Shown here piece after piece: positions 26,790 to 39,835 of a DNA stretch of 64,000 nucleotides; position 1 is the stretch's first letter; each line of letters starts with the position of its first letter. The position numbers and the translations under genes were made by a program. The stretch spans positions 3,350,001 to 3,414,000 of the forward strand of contig CM075994.1 in the NCBI GenBank assembly GCA_038087875.1, in the 5' to 3' direction. Source of the DNA: Malacoraja senta. Its lineage: Eukaryota. Under the pieces are notes generated by a model, which was not told the DNA's origin, made no database searches, and saw only the letters and a program-made list of their open reading frames with translations.

Positions 26790-28297
26790 TCTGCATTGGC
26801 GGTTACAGTTGTTATGTCACAATGGGATTGTATGCCGGTCCGCTACAATGTTGCAATCCCAGGTCGTGCAATTGTTTTTTTTAAGTTAAAAATGAGGGAG
26901 GGTGACAATGGGGGAATTAGCAGCTCCAGCGCAGTTGTGCACTATGGGTGAGTGGTGGAATATTTAGCGTTGGGGAATTTGGTTGCGTTGGGGGAGCGGG
27001 GGAGTGGTGGAATAATGCCGTGTGACAGGTGGAATTGGTCTAGTCTATATATTATTAAATCTCTCATCTTGTCTGTAATAAGTTTGCCTGTTTGTTTGTG
27101 CACGTGTGTTTCATGCCCTGAACTACGCCAAAATGGTAAACGGTAGCGCAACATTGTTTGGAGTATCTTACAATCATTTATCTTGTGGTGTGGTTTTTTT
27201 ATCATGTTTCGTTCAGATTTATGTTATATCTTTTATTATCGCATTCATGAATTACAAAACCTCAATTTGAGAAAATTGTCGCTACAATGTTGCAAACCCA
27301 GGACATTAAGTCCGGGCAGTCCAAGCAAGTGCAATTGCATTCTTTTATTTTAAAATAAGGGAAAGTGAATATGGGGAAATGTACAGCCACAGTTCGGTAC
27401 TATTGGTGAGCGGTGGAATATTTCGTTGGGGGAACGGGTGAGTGGCGGAATATTGCGTTGGGGAACGGGTTGCGTTGGAAGACTAGGCCTCCCGTGAGGG
27501 CTATGGGTGAGCGGTCCAATATTTTGTTGGTGAAACGGGTTGCTTTGGGGTACCAGACTTACCGTGTTGGGGAACGGGTTTGTGGTTGAATGTTGAGTTG
27601 GCGAACGGGTTGCGTTGGGGATCAAGACTCCCGTGGGGGCTATGGGTGAGTGGTCAAATATTGCGTTGGGGAACTGGTTGGGTTAGGGGACCAGGCCTCC
27701 TATGGGACAGGGACACAACGGGTCCCACTTGGCGTAGTATATTACTGAAACACTCATCATGTCCGTGAGTGAGTTTGCGTGTTTGTTTGTGCTCGTGCTT
27801 TTCATGACCTGAGCTACGCCAAAATGGTGGACGATAGCGCTACAACTTTGGGACCACCTTACTCACCATTGTCCTGTGGTAGGTGTATCGTTTCGTTCAG
27901 ATTGATGACATATTTTACGTTATTCACATTTTTAACTTTACAAAATCCCGATTTGATAACAATGTCTTCCCTCTGCACTGGCACTTGCATCTATGGCGGC
28001 GCAATGGGAATATAGCCCTGCTTGCTACAATGTAGCAATCCCAGGTCACTGAGCCCTGCCAGCACTACCAAGTGCAATTGCATTTTTTTAAATTTGAAAA
28101 TGAGGGAGGGTGACTAAGTGTAAATGAGCAGCCTCTGCCCAGCTGGTGGCTATGGGTGAGTTGTGGAATATTGCGTTGGCAGAAAGGGTTGCGTTCGAGA
28201 AACGGGTGAATGGTGGAATATTGCCATGGGTATCGGGTTGCGTTGGGGGACCAGGCGTCCTGTGTGAAAGGAACCCAACGGGCCCCACATGGTCTAG
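26790..28297 (+). mobile_element. Head-to-tail array of three related non-autonomous Helitron-like units (ends at 27043, 27737, 28297)
   Basis: Junction GGTCTAG|TCTATATATTATTAAA at 27043/27044. GGGACACAACGGGTCCC and GGAACCCAACGGGCCCC hairpin remnants precede the CGTAG and CTAG ends. Shared GCTACAATGTTGCAA core in all three units. Confidence 0.8.
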
Positions 28298-28744
28298 TAA
28301 GAATAAATATGTTCATTTAATTAATTGACAACATATATGAGCGAACTTTTAGAACGTTTTCCAAGACAAATTTTCCGCAATGTTTTGCGACAAATAATAT
28401 AATGCATTGTAAATTTAAATTGGATGTTCATTTAAAATGTTCGCTGTCAAGATGAACCCTATGGCCATCGGTAAAATAATGAAAGCTGCTCTTATTACAT
28501 TGAATTAACATATCGACAATTTTACCGTAATACAAACGTTGTGGATAAGTATGTTAATGCTTAAAATAACTTCTGGGTCCTTATTCAGTGTCCACTTTAG
28601 ATGCGTTCGTGACATTCCTGAAGTAGCATTAGTCTAACGTTAAATAAAGTACCTTTATTTCATTGATGCATTTTTATTGGTATCTTTCCGAGCATTTCTA
28701 TGATGTGATGTATGTAAGTTTAAATTATGTTCTTTTTCTCCCAG

Positions 28745-28771
28745 TGCGACAGATCCTGTTTAAAAACGCAG
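28745..28771 (+). CDS. Module-1 exon B, 27 nt, phase 1-1: (M)RQILFKNA
   Basis: gttctttttctcccag|TGCGACAGATCCTGTTTAAAAACGCAG|gtacat; homologous to exon 38575. Confidence 0.78.
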
Positions 28772-29374
28772 GTACATATTACAGTGTTCTGGCTCTTTTA
28801 GCTAGTAATTTTAAAAAGGAAAAGTGTATTCAGATAATGGATAAACTATTTCGGCGCAGGTGTATTATTTTATAAATATTCAACATTCAATGTATTCAAT
28901 GTATTCTAAAGGGTATTTTAATAATAAAATGCTGGGCTTACGCTGCAGCAGTTATTTCTGTCATTCTGTGTCAAATTAAAGAAAACATACATTGGATACC
29001 CATTTTAATGAAGGGAAATATTAAAATTACATCGCAACCATCACTGAAAAAAATGACTGCGTTCAATTTACAACAATAGAAGCAAGGCTTGCTTTCCAGT
29101 TTCTTCTGAAGATTCCTTTTTTTGAAAATGCTCTTCCGGAACTTAATTTGTTTAATCACTGGGGGGGGGGATTCAAGTATTTATCTTGTACTTTTGGATG
29201 TTCTATTCACAAATAGTTTACGATGCTTTAACAGTTTAAATTGGCCATAACTTGTACATCTAATTAATTACTATTGGTATTGTTTTCCTAAATATTTAAA
29301 CATAAACTGCTAAAAGATTTCAAAATTTAAAAAAACACGCTGACGTTTGCTTGTGTAAACTTTCCTCTTTCTAG

Positions 29375-29410
29375 AAATTATCCAACTGCAGGATAAAATG
29401 CGTATCACTG
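29375..29410 (+). CDS. Module-1 exon C, 36 nt, phase 1-1: (E)IIQLQDKMRIT
   Basis: ctttcctctttctag|AAATTATCCAACTGCAGGATAAAATGCGTATCACTG|gtaaat; homologous to exons 41604 and 62252. Confidence 0.8.
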
Positions 29411-29607
29411 GTAAATTTATTTTAGGAAGGAAATATATATTATTACATAAAACAAGTATTTCGGAATAATCAGCTTTTGCATAAGCTGACACTTTGCACA
29501 ACCGATTATTCAGTATCTGTTCTGCCAGTCGTTATTACTTTATTTGTTATTGTTTGATATATATATATTTTAATATCGTGAAGTTGTATTTTTTTATACC
29601 CGGAAAT

Positions 29608-30375
29608 GGAATACAATAATACAATACAATACAATACAATATACAATACAATACAATAATACTTTATTCGCCAAGTATTTTTTCAACATACGAGGAATTT
29701 CATTTGCCATGTCAGTCATACAAATCAAAAGCAACAGAGCTCAAAACATACATTTTAACATAAACATCCACTACAGTGACTCCTCCGCATTCTTCACTTT
29801 GATGGAAGGCGAAAACAAGTTTAATGGTTTCCCTTATTTGTTCTCCCGCGGTCGGGGGCCTCGAACTTTCCGCTGACGGAACGAGGCCGGCGGCGGGCCT
29901 CCGCATCGGGGCGTTCATCCCCTGCAACGGAGGGAATCTCAAATCCCCGCGCGGTGCGAATTGACCCCTGGGTCGGGGCTGGTCGAACCTACTGCGACGT
30001 TGGAGCACTCGACATCTACGGCCTCTCCCGGGACTGCGAACTCTCGAAGTCCGCAGGCCGCGGTTGGAGCGATCCCAGGCAAGAGATCGGCTCCGATAGT
30101 ATGTCCACGCCCAACGGAGGGGCTCAAAGTCTGATCCGAGGAGACCCCCAGCTCCACGATGTTAGGCCGCAGAGCGACCGGAGATTCGTCCCGGGAATTC
30201 ATCGGCTAGGTAAGAGATTGAAAAAAGTTTCCCCCTCCCCCTCCCCTACCCCACGTGAAATAAACAAGAGAACATTGTCACATATTTTTTAAAACACACT
30301 AAAAATGTTTTTAAAAAGACGAAAAAACGAACAAACTGTTGGCGACGCTGCCAATCGTGCTGCGCCCCTGGTGGT
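29608..30375 (-). mobile_element. GC-rich non-autonomous retroposon with a LINE-type 3' end and (ATTGT)n tail
   Basis: TACAA repeats at 29608-29660; minus-strand ..AATTCCTCGTATG..GCGAATAAA end; shares TTGCCTTCCATCA-AGTGA-GA..CACTGT-GTGGATGTT with the 47370 insert. Confidence 0.65.
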
Positions 30376-30596
30376 AGGGTGGACTGTTGAATCTCTTCTC
30401 TTCACGAGTCTTGAATCGTGGACGTCTTTGTGATTTGGGCAGGGATCGGAGAGTCAGCGGTTATGTTTCAGAAAAGTCACAATTAGGCTGTCATATATCC
30501 TCCATTGCACTATCCACTTTTATAAATCAATAATTGTTTGTAAATGTTGCTACATGCATGCCATCATGTGTATTACGTTGTATTTTTCTTATGCAG

Positions 30597-30622
30597 GGGA
30601 TTCTGGAAAATATAGGATTTAA
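30597..30622 (+). CDS. Candidate alternative terminal or dead exon: (G)DSGKYRI*
   Basis: Strong acceptor tatttttcttatgcag|; no donor; GDSGK resembles GEEGK of the 11100 exon. Confidence 0.35.
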
Positions 30623-30914
30623 TCCCCATCCCCACCTACATTTGAAAAAATATGAAAATTAGCCATTTCTTTCATCTTGTTGTGAGGAATGAGTAATAAT
30701 GTGAATGGTATTCCAGAAATAGGATCTGGGTATAGATGACTGCTGGCAGTATGAACCAAGTGTAAATCTTGGACTTCACCTGGTGTAGCGTCCCCATGGG
30801 CCACTGTACTTGTCCTTCTTGGATGTCGAGTTCGTTAGTGATGCAGCTGGCGAAACATCGGTGAATAACTGCAGTGCATTTACTACCGGAAGAAACTGCA
30901 ATATTATGACAGGA

Positions 30915-31045
30915 AAACCAAATGGTGGCAGAGGAACACATGGGACAGGCAGCATCTGTAATTGGATTATAAAGACGACGTTTCTGGTCGAGACCCTTCG
31001 TGGGTCTCAAGAGGAATCCCAACCCGCAACGTTTCCCGTTGTTCT
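30915..31045. mobile_element. Degenerate Penelope terminal repeat
   Basis: gggacaggcagcatctg..gacgtttctggtcgagaccctt, same family as 11620 and 52778. Confidence 0.55.
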
Positions 31046-32069
31046 CTCAACGTTTTTCCCTTTGAATTTCTCGTGCAATTTGGGTTTTGCTCATTATTTC
31101 AGAATGCAGTTTTCTATGGCATTTTGAAAATCCAAGTTGTTTCTGTGCAGCTGCTCATAAAGGCCGTCAGTCCTCGAGCGTCGCGGTGTCGGAATGGCCG
31201 AAAGAAACAGTAGTCATCCTCCATCTCTGCTCCACCGCTTTATGCTGCTCTGTCGGGTCAGTGCGTTCAATCGTCTAGAGCAGCACACGATTCAGACGAG
31301 CCACAGGCTGCTGCAGGGCCTCCAGCCGTCGCCTCGATTCGATCGTCCACCGTCCTTCGTCCTTCTCTTCGTTTGGCCACGATCCATCCTTCGTGTCCCG
31401 GGGGAGCCTTCCGCACGCGAAATTGAGGGCGCCAATGTTCACACCCCGGTTCCCCTCACCCGGTTCCCCTGGCTGTTCACTGTTCAATTCTCTGGTTCTC
31501 AGCTCTTCGGGGATGAGGAGGTGCCGGGACTGGCGGCTTTCAACTATAGGTCTGATGTCGAGGATCGCCGCAGCAGATTACGTTCTGCAACGCGCCTCCA
31601 CTGACAGTTTTGATGTGGTGCAAATGTTCTTGGACAACTTTGGTGCCGCACCTATCGAGGAGGTACTAATTAATCAGACGAGCATGTGCTTTATAGTCGG
31701 GAATGGTCTTGCGATGTCATGAGGTATTACAGGATGCAAGTCACCAATTGCGTTGCAATCACAATGCAACTTATCAACTAACTACCTGGTATATGTTAAA
31801 GTGAAAGGCTTATGGAAATCTTCGCATTGCAATGTGTCCGATGTATATCTGGTTCATGGAGCTGTTTCAGTTCCGCACTACGAAATATTAAGTAAGCATA
31901 AGGAACAATGTACTATTAATAATAATTGTAATTTGTTTCCCAGCGTAATATGGAATAATTCTGTTGTTTTCTGTTTTGTTGTTGCTAATGGATAACAAAA
32001 TGCCAGATACAGTTCTATTCCCTTCGATACAATGTGGTTTTGGAAGCACGTCATCATATAATGTTTCGA

Positions 32070-32230
32070 AAGATCGAATTGAATGTCCATATCGTTACGT
32101 TGTGCATTAAACAGGCGGAATATGAAGTGATTTTCCTGCTCTTTGTGTGCGGCCTCGCTCTGACAAAATTGGACGCCTGGCATGGAAAGGTCGACATGGG
32201 AATGGGAAGAGGATAATTCGGAGAATCCTT
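32070..32230 (-). mobile_element. Penelope-like GIY-YIG endonuclease C-terminal remnant
   Basis: ORF 31878-32321 contains SSSHSHVDLSMPGVQFCQSEAAHKEQENHFIFRLFNAQRNDMDIQF, resembling the Penelope ORF end (E.H.IFRL..L.P.GMN..F). Confidence 0.65.
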
Positions 32231-32801
32231 TGGCTCTAATCTCACACCCCACCAGCGTCCGTTTCCAACGCAAGACCTTCGGCTTTTCTTCCGCCTCGAA
32301 CATGATTGCAACACAAATCACATATTACAATTGCAATTAGTAGGCCTTGTCAGACCAAGAGAATGTTAAGATAAACCGCAGTGGGCCTTAGCAAATTGAG
32401 TGTAAGTAATCGTTGAAATGGTCAACGAGTCCAGGAGGCCTAAGTGGACCAAACCCAGTTGGTCGACGAAAGAGGTGCAGGTCACCCTCCTCCACCTGGC
32501 GGAACCTGTCCCCCACCCCACCTCATCAACTTCGCTTTTGACTGCTCTCACTTTCTATAAGGTCATGGCCGTTCACATGGATCCCGGCAATGCCTGCCTT
32601 TAGTTTGCTACGTGAAACTGTCCATGTTCCAAACATACAATGGCACAATGCCCCCGACTCATTCTCCGCTACATCGACGATTTGTTTGTTTGTTTGTTGA
32701 TATCCGCATTTTGAAAAAGTACACTTGCCTGTAAAGAAAACGTATGGTGGGATCAATGCCAATATTCTCCTATTTCCTAATTTTTTTTTGTCTGATCTCA
32801 G

Positions 32802-32848
32802 ATCTTAAAATAATGGATATACGTCCACGAAGACGACAGCGACGATAA
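32802..32848 (+). CDS. Candidate alternative terminal exon: (D)LKIMDIRPRRRQRR*, AATAAA at 32857
   Basis: Long polypyrimidine acceptor ..tttttttgtctgatctcag|; xLK start like exons 9823, 11280 and 48163. Confidence 0.35.
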
Positions 32849-33942
32849 AATGTTATAATAAAAACAAATGTAATTGTCAACGTATCTGAACCATTGACGT
32901 GCTCTATATAAGTGGATTATTGATGGCAATGAACTTTGCCCTCTGGAGAAATATGGTAGTTTGTCATCGATGCTTAGTCTTATGCGATGTGTCAGAAACA
33001 GCGAGGGAAAGGTGCAATGATATACTTTGCGTCTCAGTTAGAAAACTACGTCCTTGTATATTTTGCAGAGGTCAGTCGCATTCCAAGCCATTCGCAACGC
33101 ACAGGAAACTGAAGATTTGGAATATTTGCAAGGGCATACAATAGCAACTTACATGCTGGTGGGGGTTGTCGTCGAAAATACTGACTACACAGGCCTGGTA
33201 AAATCCTCACCACTGTCAAACGCTCCCTAGGCGGATGTGAATTGTTTGCGTGGTATTAACGGTAGGTGATTTGCAATATATCACGGTTCCTACCCACAAT
33301 TAACGCTTTCCCGCAGATACTTTATTCTCCAAAGCATAATTTCCGTGTTGCAGCACTCAAGTGCAGATATTTATTAATAGCCATATGCGCAAGTCTTAAG
33401 AATTATGTCTTTGTGGACATACCGGCAGAAAGCAAGCATTATCAGGCCAGATTTTGATTTGTCTACAGTGGAGATACCAATTAGTCAAGTTATCAATTAG
33501 GCTGCAAAGATTGAAAGACACAACTTACATAGTGTCTATTTTTCTATGTATTTTTGGAGATCAGCAAAGCTAGATTTTCCATGACAATCCTCATTTGCCT
33601 TCGTGAGATTGTTTGTGGCAAAGCGGATTTTATAACAACATATATACAGGAGATACAAATGGCAATCACTGATCAAAATTCATTTCATTGTTCAAATGCA
33701 TTCATTCAGAGACCAACTTTAAATTGATATAATGTAAATTATTCACGCATATTAACATTAGATAAACGAAAGTAGAAAGATTTAAGACATTCAATATTTT
33801 CGGAGCAGAGTTATGATACTTGCGAGCTGCAAAAAGGATCACATTGTCCATCAGCTCCTCACATTCTGTATTAATGAGCGATGACACACAATAACAAGGT
33901 GGTGGTATCAATGCAAATAACGTGATAAATAGGTAACATTAA

Positions 33943-36180
33943 TGTTATATTCCGGCCATCAGAATGAATAAAAACTTACACGCAGGTTGCCTGGATCACG
34001 AGAGAGAGATTTATTACCCAACATTCCCTGCTTATATTGAACACCAACACATTAACATACACATGAATATGTATGAATACATTACTCTGCTCTCCTTTTT
34101 TAAGTATTAAATCTAATTACCCTGTTACAATGTTGTTGTGATATTTGATTTAAAACATTACTTATGAAATCTTAAATGATAAACATAATATATTTAGTTT
34201 ACATATCTACACATGTTTGCTTTAGTTATACAGTGAGTTACTTAACTTACAAACCTAATCTGACTACTGGTGTACGGATCCTGCCTGATTGTCTAACAGT
34301 AATGGGTGTAACAGGCTTAGGTGTTGATTCAACTGTTGGTTTGTTTGGCTCTGTTTTAGTACCCTGACTCTGACGAGAGGAATATGTTTCTTTGTCTGTA
34401 CTAACTGAACTTTGTGTTTAAATCACAGTGGTCTCTTCCAACTCTCAGATAAAAACTCAGGGATTAGGACTTTATGCTCAGTTTTTGGTTCATCTTTGGC
34501 TGGAATCATTTGATGAACGAACTCTTTTGATCCTATCTCCAACTTCAACTAAGTATATTTTTGTTCCACACACATCCGCTATTTTCCTAACATCCCATTT
34601 GTCTCGACTGGACTTTTTGGGAGGACTGAGAACACGAACCTGCTCATCTGACTTGAAGTACCTATCCTTTTTGTGGGAGTCAATAATTGCGTTTTTGACT
34701 TAAATGTTTTTGCTTGGCTGGTTGTGGGCTTATCGATGTTGGTTGCATAAATGGTGTACAACCCAAGTTCATTTCATCAGGGTTCATCTCCAAGTTATGA
34801 ACTCCTCTCTGGTGTTGTCGCTTGATTCCCGCAGATTATTGGTTTCCTGTTTTAAGCTTGGCCCGACATGCTGAGACGATATGACCTTTCATCTGGCAGT
34901 TATACCACTTGGACATTTTGAACTGACAAAATTGGAATGAATTATTCCAATTGCAACGATAACAACTAGCTGAACTCGGCTCCCCGCCATACATTAGTTT
35001 TGGTTTAGCGCCTCTTAGTTTGGCCATAGGCACTGCTTTGTGACTGTAAACGGCCACTGCAGGCCGTGGTGGGACAAACTAGCAATCGGTCTTTGATGCC
35101 ATCTCCATTGTGTTAGCAATCTTGCATGCTTTCACGAATGTAAGATCTGGAGTGTTCGTGAGTTTGGACTGATTTCGTTTATCCACTAGACCACAAACAA
35201 ATCTGTCGCGCAATGCGCGTGCGAGAAACGTTCCAAAGTTACAGTGCAAAGTTAAGTTTTTCAAAGCAACAATGTACTCATTGATTGTCTCATTCTGCTT
35301 CTGGTTTCCAGTGCCAAATTTTTAGTTTTCTGCAATTTCCAGAGGCTTGGGTTGAAATGCTCCCCCAACTTCTTCATAATGTCATTGAATGGCACGTCTT
35401 TTTCCTTTATGGGCGAAAGGAGATTCACGAGTGTGCCGTACATTTCAGGACCGATCTCCATGAGCAGAATCATTTCATGCGTTCGCAAACAGCCTTATTT
35501 GTTTCAGTCACTATCTCTCCTTCACCAATAATCTCCATTATTTTGTTTGCCGTGAAAAACATGTTCGCTCTCTCCATATAGGAGCTGAACGCCTCTCTAC
35601 TCTTGTCAAAAGTGTCAAGGTTTCCGATGTAACCCGTGGACGCTGCCATCGTGTCGTTCTCTTTTTTTAAAAGTCCTTTCAAAAACCCGAATTCCTGTCT
35701 GTTTTGGTGTAACAATTCGCCTAAAACTTAGCTGTATATTCAGATTGAGGAACTCGACAAAAAAAATCGTATACAATCCCAAGGACGGCATCTTGCCATG
35801 TTGACACAACATAAGATATAGCCTGACAAACTCTCGACGATTTGTCCAGCTGCTGTTTTAAACTGCAGTGCCCTTCATAGAAGGATCTGCGGCCTATTGT
35901 GTTCAGCACGCAAACAACTGCGACACAACTCCGTAGTTACTGTTTAAAATGTTGAACAATACTACATGTTGCAAAACAGTCCTGCACTGTATTTAAAGGA
36001 TGAATCCACAAACTATCCCATCCTCGTCGCCAACTTTGTTATGTTCCGGACGGCAGAATGAATAACAACTTACACGCGGGTTGCCTGGATCACGAGAGAG
36101 AGGTTTATTACCCAACATTCCCTGCATTTATTGAACACCAACTCATTAACATATACATGAATGTGTATGAATACATTACA
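33943..36180 (-). mobile_element. Complete but internally deleted (gag-only) Mag-type Gypsy LTR element
   Basis: 144-bp LTRs at 33943-34086 and 36037-36180; flanks ATTAA/CTTAA (5-bp TSD, 1 mismatch); PBS 36015-36032; PPT ~34087-34102; decayed gag (FSSYMERANMFFTAN..LRDRFVCGL..CYRC..YNCQMKGHIVSAC). Confidence 0.92.
36015..36032 (-). promoter_or_regulatory. Primer binding site complementary to the 3' end of tRNA-Ser(GCT)
   Basis: TGGCGACGAGGATGGGAT, 4 nt inside the 5' LTR; matches the vertebrate tRNA-Ser(GCT) end ATCCCATCCTCGTCGCCA as recalled. Confidence 0.8.
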
Positions 36181-36398
36181 CTTAAGATATTGCTTTGAGA
36201 AATGTGACGATTTACACAGAGAGGTTGAAAATATTATATTAGTGTGTTCAGTGGAAGTTCTTTTTTCACTTGAATTCGAAGGGGTGTTGTTAATTCACAT
36301 ATTTTGCGATGCATTGGCATATATGAAACTGCTCATGTTTATTTCCGTGACGTCAGTTTTAGCAGTTCTGACATGATCACACCTCGTTATTAACACAG

Positions 36399-36431
36399 GC
36401 GGCGGAAGCAAAGACGATGAAGCATTCAACG
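36399..36431 (+). CDS. Candidate 33-nt micro-exon, phase 1-1: (G)GGSKDDEAFN
   Basis: cgttattaacacag|GCGGCGGAAGCAAAGACGATGAAGCATTCAACG|gtaacg; weaker acceptor. Confidence 0.4.
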
Positions 36432-37867
36432 GTAACGTCTTTCTGCGCGCTTTATATTTCTCTTCGTAAGATTTGCACACGAAGATACCTGATATACACT
36501 CAGATAGGGGTACTGAGAAATCACAAAACCAGAAAAACCGGAAAGCAATGAAATACGAAATATTTCAATCCAACGTTGAATATTCTTCCTCATCAATTAA
36601 GCGATCGCATATAGTAGAATAATCGTTATACTCAAATCCCATATTACATTCTCCCAAGGGAAGCTGCAATCGGAGTAATTGCCCAGCTCCATAAGGCATA
36701 GCTCAGGAAGGATGATACTGCAATAAAAAGCCCTAGCTGTGATTTCTTATAATGTTGCCCGATGAGCAAATGTTTGAAAAGTCCACTACAAAGCCGCTAC
36801 AACGACTGCTAATGTTGGGAGTAATTTGCGTGCCACAAAGGCGACCAAGATAAAATCTGATGTCTTGCAAAAATATAATAGAACCCAGACCGTGAGAGTA
36901 ATACACATCTCACAGAAAGGCCATGACAAAGACTCATTCTTTTTCGTGCAACGTTTAAGTATCGGAAACAATATGTGAGTATTAATTGAACTCAGGGAGC
37001 TATCGACTACAGTAAAGCTGTGTTTTGTCTATTTCCTGGCCGGGATGGTAGATTTGAGGAGAGTGTATTAGCGCGTGTAATTGGATAGGAAATGCAATTG
37101 AATAAAGAGATACCCAACTGGGGAATAGTATGCGCTGACGATTTCTGCTCCTAGAGTCGACAGGCAGTCGTCAAGTAATTTTTCATGATATTCTACTTAA
37201 AGCGATGGAAACAAAACCAGCCTATATAATGACAAAAAATAGTAAATAAGATGGAAATGAAAGTAAGGGGAAAGGAAAAGGGGGGGGGGTGGGGTGATTG
37301 ATGGAACCGAGCAGACCAGATTATCTAAGCAGCTAATATATAGACGGCGATGAGGCAGATTACAAATTAGAGAAACAATTGAGAAGAATAAAAGCAAGCC
37401 AATTACCTGCTGTTAAATAAATATGGGAACTTGTTCCACATTTGTATTTGTGAACATAATAGTGCATTTGACAAGATGTATGTGCTCAATTGTAAGAAAG
37501 TTGAATCATTCCGGTTTTCTCCAGTGATATTCACCTTCTTACGATGTTGTCAACAATTTGTCAAATCTTCGCCATTTTTACGGTGGATTTGAATTTATAG
37601 AGCATTTCAGGAGATTGTTGCCTCCAGGATGGAAAAATATAACTGTTTGGACCTGGCAGCATTTATATTTACGATTTGGAAGTAGTCCGCTTTTTTTTCC
37701 GGAACCAATAGCCTTTTTACCATATCGCAATGTTGTTGTGATATCGAATTACTTTCCTTTTTGTAAAATTTCACTTGATTCATGATCAGTTATAAGTTAT
37801 TTGTGATCAGTTATCAGTTTTAAGAGTTAATTGATCAGTTTCCTTGCATTATTTATTTTCTTATTAG

Positions 37868-37894
37868 AATGCAAGAAACTTCTTCAAGCGAGCA
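37868..37894 (+). CDS. Module-2 exon A, 27 nt, phase 1-1: (E)CKKLLQAS
   Basis: atttattttcttattag|AATGCAAGAAACTTCTTCAAGCGAGCA|gtgagt. Confidence 0.8.
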
Positions 37895-38574
37895 GTGAGT
37901 AATACATATCAAGTGGCAACAAAGGCTTGCTCTGAATTGATTTTTCTTCAATCTGACATGTGTATGTATGTGTGTTGTGTGTGATATGCGATTGATTTGT
38001 GGGTAGAGGAGTGTGGAGCAGCATAATTGTTCCCAGACCTATATTACATTCCGGGGTTATGCATACCATCATTATAATCGACAAGGTAATATATTAAGAA
38101 CAAATATCGAAGAGTGTAATAGCTCAAAATCTGCCAAGGTACTGCTGTGAGAGCTATATGATTTACAGTGAATGGTTGGTTCGATTGGGAAAACCAAATG
38201 TTTTCGTGCACAATTGATTCGACGCCTACAGGCTCGTTTCTAATTGTTCAGATATTCTACTTAAAGTTGTTAATGCCCGCGTGGATTTAGGCTTAGTTTC
38301 CTAATTAGGGAAGTAATTGGGCAACCAAAGGATAATGTGTTTAAAGACTGAAATATCCAGTGTAATATGCAAAATGAAATTGTATTTATTTATGTATTTA
38401 TTTATTTATTTAAGTTAAATTAAGCCCAACAGTTTTTTAAAGAACTGTTCTTCGTTGTACTAGATCCAACGTTTAATATGTGTTTTGAGCTTCTATGTGT
38501 GTAACATTAATGATACTGAGTACACAGCATTCTTGTTTCATTCGTGTTAAGTGTAATATATTATTCTGTTGTAG

Positions 38575-38601
38575 TGAGGCAACTACTTGTAAAAGATATC
38601 G
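38575..38601 (+). CDS. Module-2 exon B, 27 nt, phase 1-1: (M)RQLLVKDI
   Basis: attattctgttgtag|TGAGGCAACTACTTGTAAAAGATATCG|gtgaga. Confidence 0.8.
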
Positions 38602-38683
38602 GTGAGACCTAATATCTATCTACATGCTTTCAGTTCATTTTTCATTTGTTTTACTGAATAATTATTTTTCTTTGTGTTAATCA

Positions 38684-38895
38684 TATAACCATATAACAAT
38701 TACAGCACGGAAACAGGCCATCTCGACCCTTCTAGTCCGTGCCGAACACGTATTCTCCCCTAGTCCCATATACCTGCGCTCAGACCATAACCCTCCATTC
38801 CTTTCCCGTCCATATAACTATTCAATTTATTTTTAAATGATAAAAACGAACTGCCTCCACCACTCATTCCACACAGCCACCACTCTCTGAGTAAA
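38684..38895 (-). mobile_element. CR1 3' end, (TTATATGG)n-tailed subfamily
   Basis: catataaccatataacaattacagcacggaaacaggcc; reverse complement of 58500-58760. Confidence 0.9.
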
Positions 38896-39835
38896 GTTGT
38901 GCATGTATCGCAATTCTGGGCGATTAGGTGACCTGTAATTAACAACGAGTGTTCAGCAGCAAAATTATTCGAAGCGGAAAGACCAAGAAACAAGAACTGT
39001 GCACATGGCCAAATTAAAAATCAACACCATCTTCTTTCGCCTTGGCTGAACCAAATTTGGGAAAGCAACCATGATTGTCTACATAGATTGCTGAGTGAGA
39101 AAATAATGCCAGTGATGGCGGTGAGATTGGAGCGTCAGAGTAATGCTTCTGTTGGATATCCGGATTCATGACTAAATTCAGGTGTTGTTGAATTTGTACG
39201 GTATGAATGTGCCGATTTTTTCCTCACAATCTGAAAAATAAATAAATTGACCGGTGTGATCTCCCCTAGTGTCTAAGCGAGTCGTCAAATCCGATGGAGT
39301 TTTCACGGGTATCTGCACCAAACGTGATTGGTAAAAATCGGGGTTTAATGATCGCCACTAACTCGATGTGACGAAGGTTACCTCCATATTGTATTATTCT
39401 AACAGATAATTCCATGAATTTCCATGTTATACTTTCGTCATTTCCGCGCATTGGGAATTGTATTTTATTTTGATCAACGTGTGACTGATGTTTCAAAGTA
39501 GAGTTTTTTTATTATTTGGCACAGATGTGGTGGAGTCACTATGGTGGATGTTATGCTAAAATGTATTTGGGTGTTCCGTTCCTTTTTATTTGTGTGACTT
39601 ACCTGGCAAATGAAACTCTTCGTACGTTGCAACACATACTTCGTTAATAATGTATTATTGTGATTGTGAATGTGATTGTGATTGTGAATAAAAATGGTAT
39701 TGATGACATCGTTCAAATACGGGTGTCTAGTGGTCGGCGCAAAGTCGATGGGCCGTAGGGTCTGTTTTCCTGCTGAGGCTTTGGTTCGACGTCTATTTAA
39801 TTCAAAGCTGTAAATCACTCATTGCTAAGTAGATA

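Noticed and set aside
33235..33261. 27-nt segment (D)VNCLRGIN resembling exon 11280, with donor gtaggt
   Set aside because: Acceptor is CGG rather than CAG and the pyrimidine tract is poor; at best a dead exon.
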